Source: Candidatus Tayloriibacteriota bacterium
Lineage (GTDB): Bacteria; Patescibacteriota; Minisyncoccia; Phycocordibacterales; PALSA-1337
Reading direction: 5' to 3'
Length of the DNA stretch: 64,000 nt
Assembly: GCA_943350765.1 (NCBI GenBank)
Contig: CALRAJ010000003.1
Location: 1,456-65,455 of the forward strand
The notes under the pieces were generated by a model. It saw nothing but the letters and a program-made list of their open reading frames with translations, was not told where the DNA came from and did not search any database. Within the stretch, counting starts at the first letter, position 1; every line of letters begins with the position of its first letter. The position numbers and the translations under genes were made by a program. Below, in pieces: positions 38,285 to 48,180 of the stretch.

Positions 38285-39319
38285 ATGGCTCGGATTCAAC
38301 TGATTCATACCTATCAGCATATCATTTCTGTTGAAAATTTGCTTTCAGCGTTGAGAGAATTTACCAAGGGCAAAAAGCAGAAAAAAGATGTCCAACAATT
38401 CTCACTTCGTCTGATGGATAATATTTTGAAACTCCATCGAGATCTTGCGGATAGAACTTATGTACATGGAGATTATCACGCTTTCAATATTTCCGATCCA
38501 AAGCCACGCAATATTCACAAAGCACTGGTGCGAGACAGACTGGTACATCACGCTATATACAGAGTGTTGTGCCCCTTTTTTGACCGTACTTTCATCAGTG
38601 ATTCGTATTCGTGTCGTCTGTATAAAGGCACACATCGAGCACTGAATCGGTTTAGGGATTTTGGACAAAAAGTTTCAAAAAATAACACACGCACCTGTTG
38701 GGTTTTGAAATGTGATGTGAGGAAGTTTTTTGCTTCTATTGACCACGGCGTCTTGTTCGCTATTCTAGAGCAGTATATTCCAGATAAAGATATCCTATGG
38801 CTACTCACTCGAGTGATCGATAGTTTCCATTCTACCCGTTTTGGTGTCGGACTTCCTCTCGGCAATCTCACATCACAGCTTCTAGTGAATATTTATATGA
38901 ACGAGTTTGACCAGTATATGAAGCATCGGCTTAAGGCCAAACACTATATTCGATATGCTGACGATTTTGTTATTTTGAGTAATGATAAAAAACGGCTCGA
39001 AAATATTTTGATAGAAATTAGTGACTTTTTGCAAGTAAAGCTTCGCCTGAATCTTCATCCAGACAAAGTGTTCATAAAAACATTTGCATCAGGTGTAGAT
39101 TTCCTTGGCTGGGTACACTTTTCTGACCATAGGGTACTGAGGACTTCCACCAAGAAAAGAATGTTTAAACGATTGGCTGAGGGAGAGGTATCGGAGACGA
39201 CCATCCTTTCGTATTTAGGCATGCTGAGTCATGGTAATGGGATGGGGTTGCAAGAGATGATTACTGGGCTGTCAGGATTGAATTTGGCTGGCGGAGGTAT
39301 GAGTGATAGTAAAACTTAA
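38285..39319 (+). CDS. DGR reverse transcriptase
   Basis: KPRNI, RDRLVHHA, KCDVRKFFASIDH, GLPLGNLTSQ, YIRYADDF, DFLG. Confidence 0.95.
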   Translation: MARIQLIHTYQHIISVENLLSALREFTKGKKQKKDVQQFSLRLMDNILKLHRDLADRTYVHGDYHAFNISDPKPRNIHKALVRDRLVHHAIYRVLCPFFDRTFISDSYSCRLYKGTHRALNRFRDFGQKVSKNNTRTCWVLKCDVRKFFASIDHGVLFAILEQYIPDKDILWLLTRVIDSFHSTRFGVGLPLGNLTSQLLVNIYMNEFDQYMKHRLKAKHYIRYADDFVILSNDKKRLENILIEISDFLQVKLRLNLHPDKVFIKTFASGVDFLGWVHFSDHRVLRTSTKKRMFKRLAEGEVSETTILSYLGMLSHGNGMGLQEMITGLSGLNLAGGGMSDSKT

Positions 39320-40599
39320 TTCTCACATTTTCCAGCATTCTCGCCCGCGAGGTATCCAGTAGTCCAGCATATCTGTAGGCTATATCCGCCCGAAGGTCGG
39401 TCAAAGTTTAGGATATCACCAACGCAGTAGAGATTGGGGTATATTTTTGACTGCATGGTTTTGAAATCTATTTCCTCAAGGGCTAGTCCGCCACTCGTAA
39501 CGATGGCTTTTTCGAGTCCGAGGAGCTTTTTGACTTGGCAGGGAAGCTGTTTTAAACTCTTGACAAGTATCAGACGGCTGACCTTACTTATTTTATTGAC
39601 ATATTCTTCTGGATGAATGGTAAGTAATGATAAAATACCCGCAGTCATTTTTGGAGAAACGATCATACCGAGGACATTCTTAAACTTTTTATTTTGATTG
39701 ATCTCAAAGATACTGCGTATGTGTGTGTCTAGGGCAAGATGATCTATATTTGGAAATAGGTCGATATTCAATTTTACCTCTCCATACTTGAGTAGCTCAC
39801 CGATATCTTTACTCATATTGAGTATGAGTGGACCACTAAGTCCAAAATGGGTAAAAAGGATTTTACCATTTTTAGAAAACTGTTGTATATCGTTTTGAAA
39901 TACGGATACACGAGCGTCTTTGATACTGACACCTTGAGTCTGTTTTATCCAAGCGTCTTTGACCTCGAGTGGTACGAGGGCTACATCCGGCTCGATGACC
40001 TTGTGACCTATTTTTTGTAGCCAGAGAAAACCTTCACCAGTCGAGCCTGTCTCTGGGCGAGATTTACCACCTGTCGCTAAAATGTATTTTTTTGCATGTA
40101 AAGTTTTACCATTTGAAATCGTAACACCAATAATCTGCCCATCTTTTTCTTCAAAGCCTGTTACTTCGGTATTTGATCGGATCTCAACATTATTTTTTCG
40201 CATGTACTCGACTAAAGTATCCCAGACACTTTGTGCTTTGTCGCTCATAGGGAAGACACGCTGTTCCGCCTCTATCTTGGTCGGCATATTTTTTAGGTGA
40301 AAAAAGTCGAGGGATTCTGCTACACCAAATTTAGACAAAGGAGAAAATAAAAATTTACCTTTGTCGCCGAGTTTACCGACGAGCTTGCGAATATCAAATT
40401 CGGCATTGGTAACATTGCATCTGCCACCGCCTGTGATGAGGAGTTTTTTGCCTAGAGTTTCATTTTTCTCTACCAAAAGCACTCTGGCACCACTTTCCCC
40501 AGCTTTACCAGCAGATATCATGCCTGCTGGACCGCCACCTATTACTATCACATCCCAGACCAGCTCTTTTTTGGGAGTTTTTTTGCCTAGAGAGTTCAT
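39316..40599 (-). CDS. HI0933/BaiN-family NAD(P)/FAD oxidoreductase
   Basis: GGGPAG, GKKLLITGGGRCNVTN, ATGGKS, GGYSLQ. Confidence 0.93.
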   Translation of the reverse strand: MNSLGKKTPKKELVWDVIVIGGGPAGMISAGKAGESGARVLLVEKNETLGKKLLITGGGRCNVTNAEFDIRKLVGKLGDKGKFLFSPLSKFGVAESLDFFHLKNMPTKIEAEQRVFPMSDKAQSVWDTLVEYMRKNNVEIRSNTEVTGFEEKDGQIIGVTISNGKTLHAKKYILATGGKSRPETGSTGEGFLWLQKIGHKVIEPDVALVPLEVKDAWIKQTQGVSIKDARVSVFQNDIQQFSKNGKILFTHFGLSGPLILNMSKDIGELLKYGEVKLNIDLFPNIDHLALDTHIRSIFEINQNKKFKNVLGMIVSPKMTAGILSLLTIHPEEYVNKISKVSRLILVKSLKQLPCQVKKLLGLEKAIVTSGGLALEEIDFKTMQSKIYPNLYCVGDILNFDRPSGGYSLQICWTTGYLAGENAGKCEN

Positions 40600-40665
40600 T
40601 AACCCCTATTATAACAAATTACACTCTACTTGTCAATGTATTAAAAAAATGCTAGTATCACCAAC

Positions 40666-42219
40666 ATGACCATGAATATATTAAAAACAAAGGCAGGTAT
40701 GGCTATAATCGGGATTATCGTTATTGGTTTGGGTACACTAGTCTATATCAAATCTACCAGTCAGACCACTTATGATACTGTAAAAGTAACTCGCGCAGAC
40801 CTATCGGAGGAGGTTTCTGTATCTGGTCGGGTAAAATCGGCAAGGAGCGTCAACTTGGCTTTTGAAAAAGGTGGAAAGGTCGGGTCAGTGTATGTAAAGA
40901 CCGGTGATCGGGTTGCGGTGGGTAAACCGCTTGTATCAATAGATGCTAGTGAGCTTTTATCCCTCTATCGAGGTGCAGAAGCAAATGTTTTGGTAGAAAA
41001 ATCGCGTTTAGATGAAGTTTTGCGTGGTCCACGAAAGGAAGAAGTTTCGATAAGTGAAACAAAGGTTAAAAATGCTGAGCTAGTCCTTTTGGATAAAAGG
41101 GAGGCGCTGGCTAATACACTTACAGATGCATATACAAAATCTGATGACGCTGTACGCAACAAAACAGAGAAGTTATTTAATAACTCGAGAAGTTCGTCAC
41201 CAAAGTTTATTCCACAGATAGCCAATTCTCAGCTAGAAACTACCATAGAGACACAGCGTTTGGCGTTAGAACAAGTGCTGATTTTCTGGAGAAAAAGTTT
41301 GGACACGATGAGCCTTGATGGTATGACTTTGGTTACCGTGGAATCAAAAAAGAACCTTGAACAAGTGAGAATGTTTTTAGACAATGTGGCGATGGCTGTA
41401 AATTCTATGACACCAAACATAGGTAGTACTCAGGCAACTATTGACGGCTACAGAACAGACCTGATAACTGCTCGAAACAATATCAATGCTTCAATAAGTG
41501 CCGTGAGTGGCGCAGATGGTCAGGTCAGGTCTGGATTGATCGCACTCGAGCTTGCAAAAAATGATCTGGCACTACTTTTATCTGGTAATACATCCGAGCA
41601 AGTCAGTGTGCAAAAGTCAAAATATGATCAGGTGGTGGCAAATGCAGAAAATTATCAAGCACAAATAAGGAAAACAATCATCTACTCGCCGATAGAAGGT
41701 GTGGTAACTAATGTTGAGGCGAAAGTGGGGGAAATATTTCCAGCAAATACTGTTGCGGTATCTGTTATCTCCGCGTCAGACTTTCATATAGAAGTGAATG
41801 TTCCAGAGGCTGATATTTCAAAGATTTTGGTGGGCAATACGGCAGAAGTAACCCTCGATGCATATGGGCAAAGTGAGTTATTTCCAAGTGTGGTGATTCT
41901 TATTGATCCAGCGGAAACCATCATAGATGGAGTTCCAACTTATAAAGTTACGCTCAAGTTTACTCAAAAAGATGCTCGAGTGCGTTCTGGTATGACAGCA
42001 AATATTACGATTAAAAATAATCCGCATATCCAAGTACTTTCTGTTCCAAGTCGGGTTGTGTTTGAAAAGGCTGGCGAAAAATATGTAAAGGTTGTGGGAG
42101 GTAAGGATGAAATTATTGAAAAGAAAGTTACTACTGGGATTAGATCATCGAACGGTGCGCTAGAAATAGTGAGTGGTCTAGAAGAGGGTGAAGAGGTGGT
42201 ATTTGCTACTAAAAATTAG
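40666..42219 (+). CDS. efflux periplasmic adaptor (MFP) subunit
   Basis: TM, lipoyl halves, long coiled coil, SPIEGVV, VPEADI, GMTAN. Confidence 0.88.
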   Translation: MTMNILKTKAGMAIIGIIVIGLGTLVYIKSTSQTTYDTVKVTRADLSEEVSVSGRVKSARSVNLAFEKGGKVGSVYVKTGDRVAVGKPLVSIDASELLSLYRGAEANVLVEKSRLDEVLRGPRKEEVSISETKVKNAELVLLDKREALANTLTDAYTKSDDAVRNKTEKLFNNSRSSSPKFIPQIANSQLETTIETQRLALEQVLIFWRKSLDTMSLDGMTLVTVESKKNLEQVRMFLDNVAMAVNSMTPNIGSTQATIDGYRTDLITARNNINASISAVSGADGQVRSGLIALELAKNDLALLLSGNTSEQVSVQKSKYDQVVANAENYQAQIRKTIIYSPIEGVVTNVEAKVGEIFPANTVAVSVISASDFHIEVNVPEADISKILVGNTAEVTLDAYGQSELFPSVVILIDPAETIIDGVPTYKVTLKFTQKDARVRSGMTANITIKNNPHIQVLSVPSRVVFEKAGEKYVKVVGGKDEIIEKKVTTGIRSSNGALEIVSGLEEGEEVVFATKN

Positions 42220-42220
42220 T

Positions 42221-43471
42221 ATGAATTTTAAATCAATTTCAGTCGGTATATTTTTGGCGGTTCGTCAGATTCGTCGAGCCAACATTTGGACCAATATCCT
42301 GATTGTTTTTGTGATGACACTGACATTTCTAAATCTCGTGGTGGTTGGAGGTATCTTGGTCGGTCTTATTGAAGCATCAGTGGAGTCAAACCGCACACAT
42401 TATTCAGGGGATATCCTCATATCCAATCTACTCGAAAAGACCTATATTGAGGGTAGTACGAAAATGGTAAAGTTTATAGAGGGGTTGCCAGAAGTATCTG
42501 CTGTAACCGCTCGGTATGTGGAAAGTGGGCGACTGGAGTCTGGGTACAAGGAACGCACAAATCAAGGAGATATTTTAGATAATGCTAGTGGTTTGGTTAC
42601 GGGTATTGATCCAGTAAAGGAAAATAATGTTACAGATATTGCGAGTAAAGTAATAGAAGGTGAGTACCTAGATACATCAGACGAAGACCAGATTTTGATA
42701 GGAGGTAATTTGCTTTTCAAGTATTCACCTATCGATTCTCCAGGACTAAGAAATTTAAAAACAGCAGATATTGGCTCACGAGTTCGTTTGGTAATAAATG
42801 GCAATACAAAGGAGGTTACAATAAAAGGTATTATAAAAAGCAAGGTTGGCGAGCTAGATCAGCGGATTTTTATAGTCGATAGGGTACTCAGGGGAATGAT
42901 TGGTCGTACAGACTATAATGTCGATGAGATTGCTATAAAACTCAAAGATCCTTTGTATGTTGGTCAGGTTAAGCAGGTTTTGGAGGACGAGGGTTTTGGT
43001 CGGTTGGCAAAAATCAGGACATGGAATGAGGCACAGCCAAAGTTTCTGATAGATATAAAAGATGCGTTTAGTCTGCTCGGAGATATCATCGGCTCGGTGG
43101 GCCTAGTGGTAGCTTCGATCACGATATTTATCGTGATTTTTGTAAACGCTATTACTCGTCGAAAATATATCGGTATTTTGAAAGGGGTGGGGATAGACTC
43201 CTTTGCGATAGAGGTTGCCTATATTATTCAATCACTTTTTTATGCAGTGGCTGGGACAGCTATTGGGATTGTTGTTCTGTATTTTGTTTTGGTACCATTT
43301 ATTGACGCCCATCCGATCAACTTTCCTTTTAGTGATGGGATATTGGTCGCAACTGTGTCAGGGACACTTTGGCGAGCATTGGCACTTCTTGTTGCAACTG
43401 TTATTGCTGGGTATATTCCAGCCAAGATTGTTAGTAGGCAAAATACCCTCGATGCTATTTTAGGTCGTTAA
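42221..43471 (+). CDS. ABC transporter permease (FtsX/MacB type)
   Basis: TM-large loop-3TM layout; IGILKGVG. Confidence 0.9.
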   Translation: MNFKSISVGIFLAVRQIRRANIWTNILIVFVMTLTFLNLVVVGGILVGLIEASVESNRTHYSGDILISNLLEKTYIEGSTKMVKFIEGLPEVSAVTARYVESGRLESGYKERTNQGDILDNASGLVTGIDPVKENNVTDIASKVIEGEYLDTSDEDQILIGGNLLFKYSPIDSPGLRNLKTADIGSRVRLVINGNTKEVTIKGIIKSKVGELDQRIFIVDRVLRGMIGRTDYNVDEIAIKLKDPLYVGQVKQVLEDEGFGRLAKIRTWNEAQPKFLIDIKDAFSLLGDIIGSVGLVVASITIFIVIFVNAITRRKYIGILKGVGIDSFAIEVAYIIQSLFYAVAGTAIGIVVLYFVLVPFIDAHPINFPFSDGILVATVSGTLWRALALLVATVIAGYIPAKIVSRQNTLDAILGR

Positions 43472-43480
43472 GATAATCAC

Positions 43481-44164
43481 ATGACATATATTATTTCTGC
43501 AAAAAAGCTAGTCAAATCATTTCATAACGGGGTTACCGAGCAAACGGTGCTTCGAGGAGTGTCGCTAGACATTTCACTCGGTGAATTTGTGATTATTGTT
43601 GGTCGTTCTGGTGCCGGTAAATCAACTCTGCTTTATCAGCTAGGACTTCTCGACCATTCGACATCTGGGACACTTCGTATCGGGGAAGTGGATACAGAAA
43701 AGCTGTCTAGTCGGGAAAGGACGGATTTTCGTCTGACTGAGCTAGGCTACATTTTTCAAGATTATGCTTTGGTGCCAGAGTTGACTGCCTCAGAAAATAT
43801 CATGATACCGCTTTTGATGAGAGGTTTTAGTAAAAGAGAGGCGTTAGTTTTAGCAAAGGATGCATTAGAAAAGGTTGGGATTGCTGATAAGTGGAAAAAT
43901 CTACCAAGCCAGCTTTCGGGTGGGGAACAACAGCGAGTATCGGTAGCTAGGGCGATAGTTGGCAAGCCAAAGATTATTTTTGCCGATGAGCCGACAGCCA
44001 ATCTAGACAGTGAAAGCTCGGCTCTAGTGGTCAATCTATTTCGTACTTTACACAAAGAGGGGCAGACCCTGGTCATGGTGACTCATGAGGAAGAGTACAC
44101 ACAGTATGCTGACCGAGTAATAACACTCCGTGATGGGGAAATTGTGGATATAAAGAGTAGGTAG
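43481..44164 (+). CDS. ABC transporter ATP-binding protein
   Basis: GRSGAGKST, LSGGEQQR, ADEPT, VTH. Confidence 0.95.
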   Translation: MTYIISAKKLVKSFHNGVTEQTVLRGVSLDISLGEFVIIVGRSGAGKSTLLYQLGLLDHSTSGTLRIGEVDTEKLSSRERTDFRLTELGYIFQDYALVPELTASENIMIPLLMRGFSKREALVLAKDALEKVGIADKWKNLPSQLSGGEQQRVSVARAIVGKPKIIFADEPTANLDSESSALVVNLFRTLHKEGQTLVMVTHEEEYTQYADRVITLRDGEIVDIKSR

Positions 44165-44180
44165 GACAGTAGGATAAAAT

Positions 44181-44424
44181 ACCCCGAATTACGAAATACC
44201 GTCTACATGTGTCGATCATAAACGATCGACCCTTTCTTGGCATATCTTTTTGAAGCCTATCGGTTAGGGATAGGCATCTGTAGACGAAGCCCTCGTATTT
44301 TCTTGCTAGAAAATCTCTCAAGTCTCAGCTACCCTGCTTGCGCCGTCTACAGGGACACATCATCTAAACGATGTGAAAGTCTTTCAAAAAGATACGCCTG
44401 CGACAGTATTTCGTAATTCGGGGT
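44181..44424. mobile_element. MITE-like element, family D, with nested modules
   Basis: 19-bp perfect terminal inverted repeat ACCCCGAATTACGAAATAC. Confidence 0.7.
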
Positions 44425-44482
44425 AAAATAAAAAAGCTGTCGGGTGAACGACAGCTCGGGACAATCTTTGTATGGGTGATAA

Positions 44483-45679
44483 TTATGCTTTCTTTCGATC
44501 ACCCTTTGGGATTTGCCTACTACCAACTGGACGAACTAACGGCATTCTTTCAAGTTTGCGTACTTCGTTCGCGAGTTTTCTTAGGGTAATTTCCTGAATC
44601 TGGCGGACCCGCTCTCGGGTGATACCAAACTTTAAGCCGACCTCCTCGAGGGTTTTCTCGTCGCCACCGTCGAGACCGTACCGATAGCGGATAATAGTCG
44701 CTTCTCGGGGGACTAAGGTCAAAACTATTTTCTGCACCATGGCACAATTGATTTTTTTCTCGAGCTCATCAGAAGGATCCTCGGCAGTCTCATCGGCGAC
44801 CACATCAATGAGTCTATTGGAATCCTCGTCGTTTCCCAGACTGCCATTTAGAGGGGCTGGGCTAGCTACTCCATGAGCTAGTCGCAGTTGAGCGATTTTC
44901 TCTGCCGTTGTCCCAAGCTCATCTGCCACTTCGGCATCCGCAGGCTCGCGTCCCAGCAACTCCTGCAACTTCGCAGTCGTTTTACGGACATGAAAGAGCT
45001 TGTCTACGATATGTACGGGTAGGCGGATGGTCTTGGACTGGTTGGCAAGCGCCCGCTTGATCGCCTGCTTGATCCACCACGCCGCGTAGGTGGAAAGCTT
45101 GGCGCCCTTACTGGGATCAAAGCGTTCGACTGCCTTCATGAGACCGATGTTACCCTCGCTGACGAGGTCGAGTAGAGGCACGCCGTAGTTTTCGTAGTCG
45201 CGGGCGATTTTCACCACCAGCCGAAGATTCGCTTTGATCATGTGTTCCCGTGCCTCCTTGTCGCCCCGCTTGATGCGTGCTGCTAGGTCGATTTCGTCTT
45301 GTGGCGTCAAGAGTGGGGTTTCCGCGATTTCGCGTAGATACAGCTGGAAGCTTGTACCGCCGTCGTAAGCACCTCGCACAATGACAGGTTCAGAGGGCAA
45401 TACCCCCTCGCGTGGAAACTTTAGGTATGATCGTTCAGGTACGACATGCCCAACTGCAAGAGTTTTTTCCTTAGGCACTTTGACTTTCGGAACCATCTTT
45501 TTCTTCAGATTAGGCTTTTTGTACTTTTTGGGTACCTTTTTTGCCGTTACCACCAACTTTACTGGAGATGCTTTACGGTGAGCGTGTCGTGGTCGGACGA
45601 CACTTCCTTTACGACCAACACACAACACCACTGAATTTGTGAGATGGTGTCTACCGTTTCCGACAATTTCTTGCTCCAT
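44483..45679 (-). CDS. RpoD/RpoS-type (group 1/2) sigma factor
   Basis: LYLREI, ANLRLVV, GNIGLMKAVERFD, STYAAWWIKQAI, TRERVRQI. Confidence 0.92.
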   Translation of the reverse strand: MEQEIVGNGRHHLTNSVVLCVGRKGSVVRPRHAHRKASPVKLVVTAKKVPKKYKKPNLKKKMVPKVKVPKEKTLAVGHVVPERSYLKFPREGVLPSEPVIVRGAYDGGTSFQLYLREIAETPLLTPQDEIDLAARIKRGDKEAREHMIKANLRLVVKIARDYENYGVPLLDLVSEGNIGLMKAVERFDPSKGAKLSTYAAWWIKQAIKRALANQSKTIRLPVHIVDKLFHVRKTTAKLQELLGREPADAEVADELGTTAEKIAQLRLAHGVASPAPLNGSLGNDEDSNRLIDVVADETAEDPSDELEKKINCAMVQKIVLTLVPREATIIRYRYGLDGGDEKTLEEVGLKFGITRERVRQIQEITLRKLANEVRKLERMPLVRPVGSRQIPKGDRKKA

Positions 45680-45810
45680 GATACCTCCTGTGGTTTGTTG
45701 ATATTCTGCTTACTTGATTTTCAAGTACACTTACCTTGTCTAGGTAGGTGTAGGGACTAAAACCACCTAAAACACTACAGTATATTTATATTTTGTCAAC
45801 ATAATGTTAT

Positions 45811-45839
45811 TTGACATTACTTACTATATTTGATATAAT
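45811..45839 (+). promoter_or_regulatory. consensus sigma70 promoter (divergent TTGACA at 45799-45794)
   Basis: TTGACA-N17-TATAAT with TG extension. Confidence 0.75.
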
Positions 45840-45857
45840 AGAAACAATAAAAATATC

Positions 45858-46757
45858 ATGGAGCACAAGGTCTTAAAACTACTAATTGCAACCACAACAC
45901 AGTCTGCCGAATACGAGCTCCTCGACAGTGGAGAGGGGGAAAAATTTGAGCGATTTGGCTCGGTTATATTATCTCGTCCCGACCCACAGGCACTCTGGCG
46001 TAAAACAATGACTGAAAAGGAGTGGGCTATTGCTGACGCTTACTTTTCTCGTGATGGCAAGGCTACCTCATGGACAATTAGAAAACCTATTCCTGACCGC
46101 TGGAAAATCGCTTTTGCCGGACTCTCGTTCTGGATCAAGCCCACAGCTTTCAAGCATACAGGTCTTTTTCCTGAGCAGGCAAGTAACTGGGATTGGATGA
46201 GGGCGGTGATTATTTCAACCAAGAATGCTGAGCCAAGTCGAGAGCTAAATGTACTCAATCTTTTTGGCTACACAGGTGGTGCCTCACTCGCTTGTGCGCA
46301 GGTGGGAGCAAAAGTTTGCCATGTAGATGGTTCAAAATCAGCCATTACTTGGGCGAGGGAAAACGCCGAAGCCTCTGGTCTCACTGATGCACCGATACGG
46401 TGGATTCTCGATGATGCAAAAGTGTTTGTTGAGAAGGAGATAAAACGCGGTAAAAAGTACGACGCCATAATCATGGACCCACCAGCTTTTGGTCATGGTC
46501 CAAACAAAGAGCTTTGGAAAATAGAGGATGATTTTCTCGAGTTGCTCGATTTGTGTAGTAAAATCCTTTCGGATAATCTGATTTTCTTTTTGGTAAATGG
46601 TTATGCGTCTGGCTACTCGGCTATCTCTTATAAAAATGCACTGGCACATACCATAGAAAAGTACGGTGGATCGACCGAGGTAGGTGAGCTGGCCATAGCC
46701 GAATCAAAAAGTCAGCGCCTCTTGCCTTGTGGGATTTTTGCACGGTGGAAGAGATAG
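45858..46757 (+). CDS. class I SAM-dependent methyltransferase (RlmI/K-like)
   Basis: KHTGLFPEQ, LNLFGYTG, MDPPAFG. Confidence 0.9.
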   Translation: MEHKVLKLLIATTTQSAEYELLDSGEGEKFERFGSVILSRPDPQALWRKTMTEKEWAIADAYFSRDGKATSWTIRKPIPDRWKIAFAGLSFWIKPTAFKHTGLFPEQASNWDWMRAVIISTKNAEPSRELNVLNLFGYTGGASLACAQVGAKVCHVDGSKSAITWARENAEASGLTDAPIRWILDDAKVFVEKEIKRGKKYDAIIMDPPAFGHGPNKELWKIEDDFLELLDLCSKILSDNLIFFLVNGYASGYSAISYKNALAHTIEKYGGSTEVGELAIAESKSQRLLPCGIFARWKR

Positions 46758-46778
46758 TTTTTCTGTATCTATAGCTAT

Positions 46779-47444
46779 ATGTTACCTGTAATCCTATACG
46801 AAGATAACCATTTGATAGTAGTCAACAAACCAGCTGGTGTTTTGGTACAAGGGGATATTTCGACTGATGATTGTCTTCTTGAGCAGGTTAAAAGCCATAT
46901 TAAAACACGCGATAATAAGCCCGGAAATGTTTTTCTGGGTTTGGTACATCGGCATGATCGCAATGTGTCTGGGGTACTACTTTTTGCTAAGACTAGCAAA
47001 GGTGCATCGCGACTGGGGGAGCAATTTCGGGAACATACTGTAGAAAAGATATACCACGCTTGGGTTACGGGCGTGCCTATAAAAAGATCAGAAACTCTGG
47101 TGAACTTTTTAATTAAAAACGAAAATGACAACAAAACCTCAGTATACGAGTCAGAAATTCGCGGGTCGCAATACGCCGAGCTTCGATATGAGGTGGTAGA
47201 TAAAATGGGAGATTTTTCGTTACTTAAAATAAAGCTTAAAACAGGTCGTCCACACCAGATTCGTGCACAGCTTGCCTATATCGGACACCCAATATTGGGT
47301 GATGGCAAGTACGGTTCAAAGACTTCTCTATCCGAGAGGAGGATTGCACTTACTGCCACTTCGCTTTCGTTTATAACCGCAACAGGTGAGGAAAAAAGGA
47401 TTATTTCTGTGCCAGCGCTAGATTTACCTGCGGGACTAAACTAG
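46779..47444 (+). CDS. RluA-family pseudouridine synthase
   Basis: VVNKPAG, VHRHDRNVSG, TGRPHQIR, GDGKYG. Confidence 0.92.
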   Translation: MLPVILYEDNHLIVVNKPAGVLVQGDISTDDCLLEQVKSHIKTRDNKPGNVFLGLVHRHDRNVSGVLLFAKTSKGASRLGEQFREHTVEKIYHAWVTGVPIKRSETLVNFLIKNENDNKTSVYESEIRGSQYAELRYEVVDKMGDFSLLKIKLKTGRPHQIRAQLAYIGHPILGDGKYGSKTSLSERRIALTATSLSFITATGEEKRIISVPALDLPAGLN

Positions 47445-47612
47445 CGTTCTTGGCTAAAATATTCAAAAATCTTGCTACCAAAATACGGCTCTAAGTCTAG
47501 GTTTCAAAGGCTAAACGCTAGCGTTTAGCCTTTGAAATATTTGAGTATTTTCTGGGTGTAATTTTTGACCTAGATGCGACCTTTTCCGCGGCGTACTCGC
47601 CGCGGGTTGTTA

Positions 47613-47856
47613 AATAAAGTTTAGCCTCGTCCTATCCCCGTAGCAAGCTATTCCCTCGGATTACCTCGGCGGGGTATTAGGCGAGGCATCAGGGTAAACT
47701 TTGTTGCAGAAGTGTCGGCTCCGCCGACTTCATCTTCATTCTTGCGGATTCATCCCCGCGGCAAGCCGTCGGGGTATTCTCCACAATTGCAATAAAGTTT
47801 AGTCTCGTCCTATTCCAGCGACAAGCTGTCGGGGTTATTATCCACAATTACAATAA
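47613..47856. repeat. 183-bp structured repeat, copy 2, plus an internally deleted tandem copy
   Basis: Inverted match to 3951-4133; 47791-47856 keeps both ends but lacks the interior. Confidence 0.85.
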
Positions 47857-47867
47857 AAAAACCACCC

Positions 47868-48080
47868 CTAAGCATTAGGGCGGTCTGAGCCAAGTAGTAA
47901 AATCCCAAAACTGCATAAACCCGGCACAAGTGCACCGTATTCAAGCATCTTGTTGCCGATCACTGTTCCGACAAAGATCCCGATGATACAAACGATCATA
48001 AGGATTGTTCCAATGAATACTGAATTTTCAAGTACAAGCTCGAAGAATTCTAATAGCAACCGCCTTTTTTCCTGTCCCAT
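47868..48080 (-). CDS. small membrane protein
   Basis: 70 aa, two TM segments. Confidence 0.5.
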   Translation of the reverse strand: MGQEKRRLLLEFFELVLENSVFIGTILMIVCIIGIFVGTVIGNKMLEYGALVPGLCSFGILLLGSDRPNA

Positions 48081-48180
48081 ATTTTACCTTTCCCTTTAAA
48101 TCAATTTCAAACCACTAGTAATGGTAGCATAAAACATGCTTTAGGTCAACATTACATAGAAGCCTTTCAAATGATACTCT

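Noticed and set aside
38285-39319. Group II intron or retron interpretation of the RT
   Set aside because: No maturase or endonuclease domain and no intron domain V seen; LGNLTSQ motif, avd and TR/VR indicate a DGR
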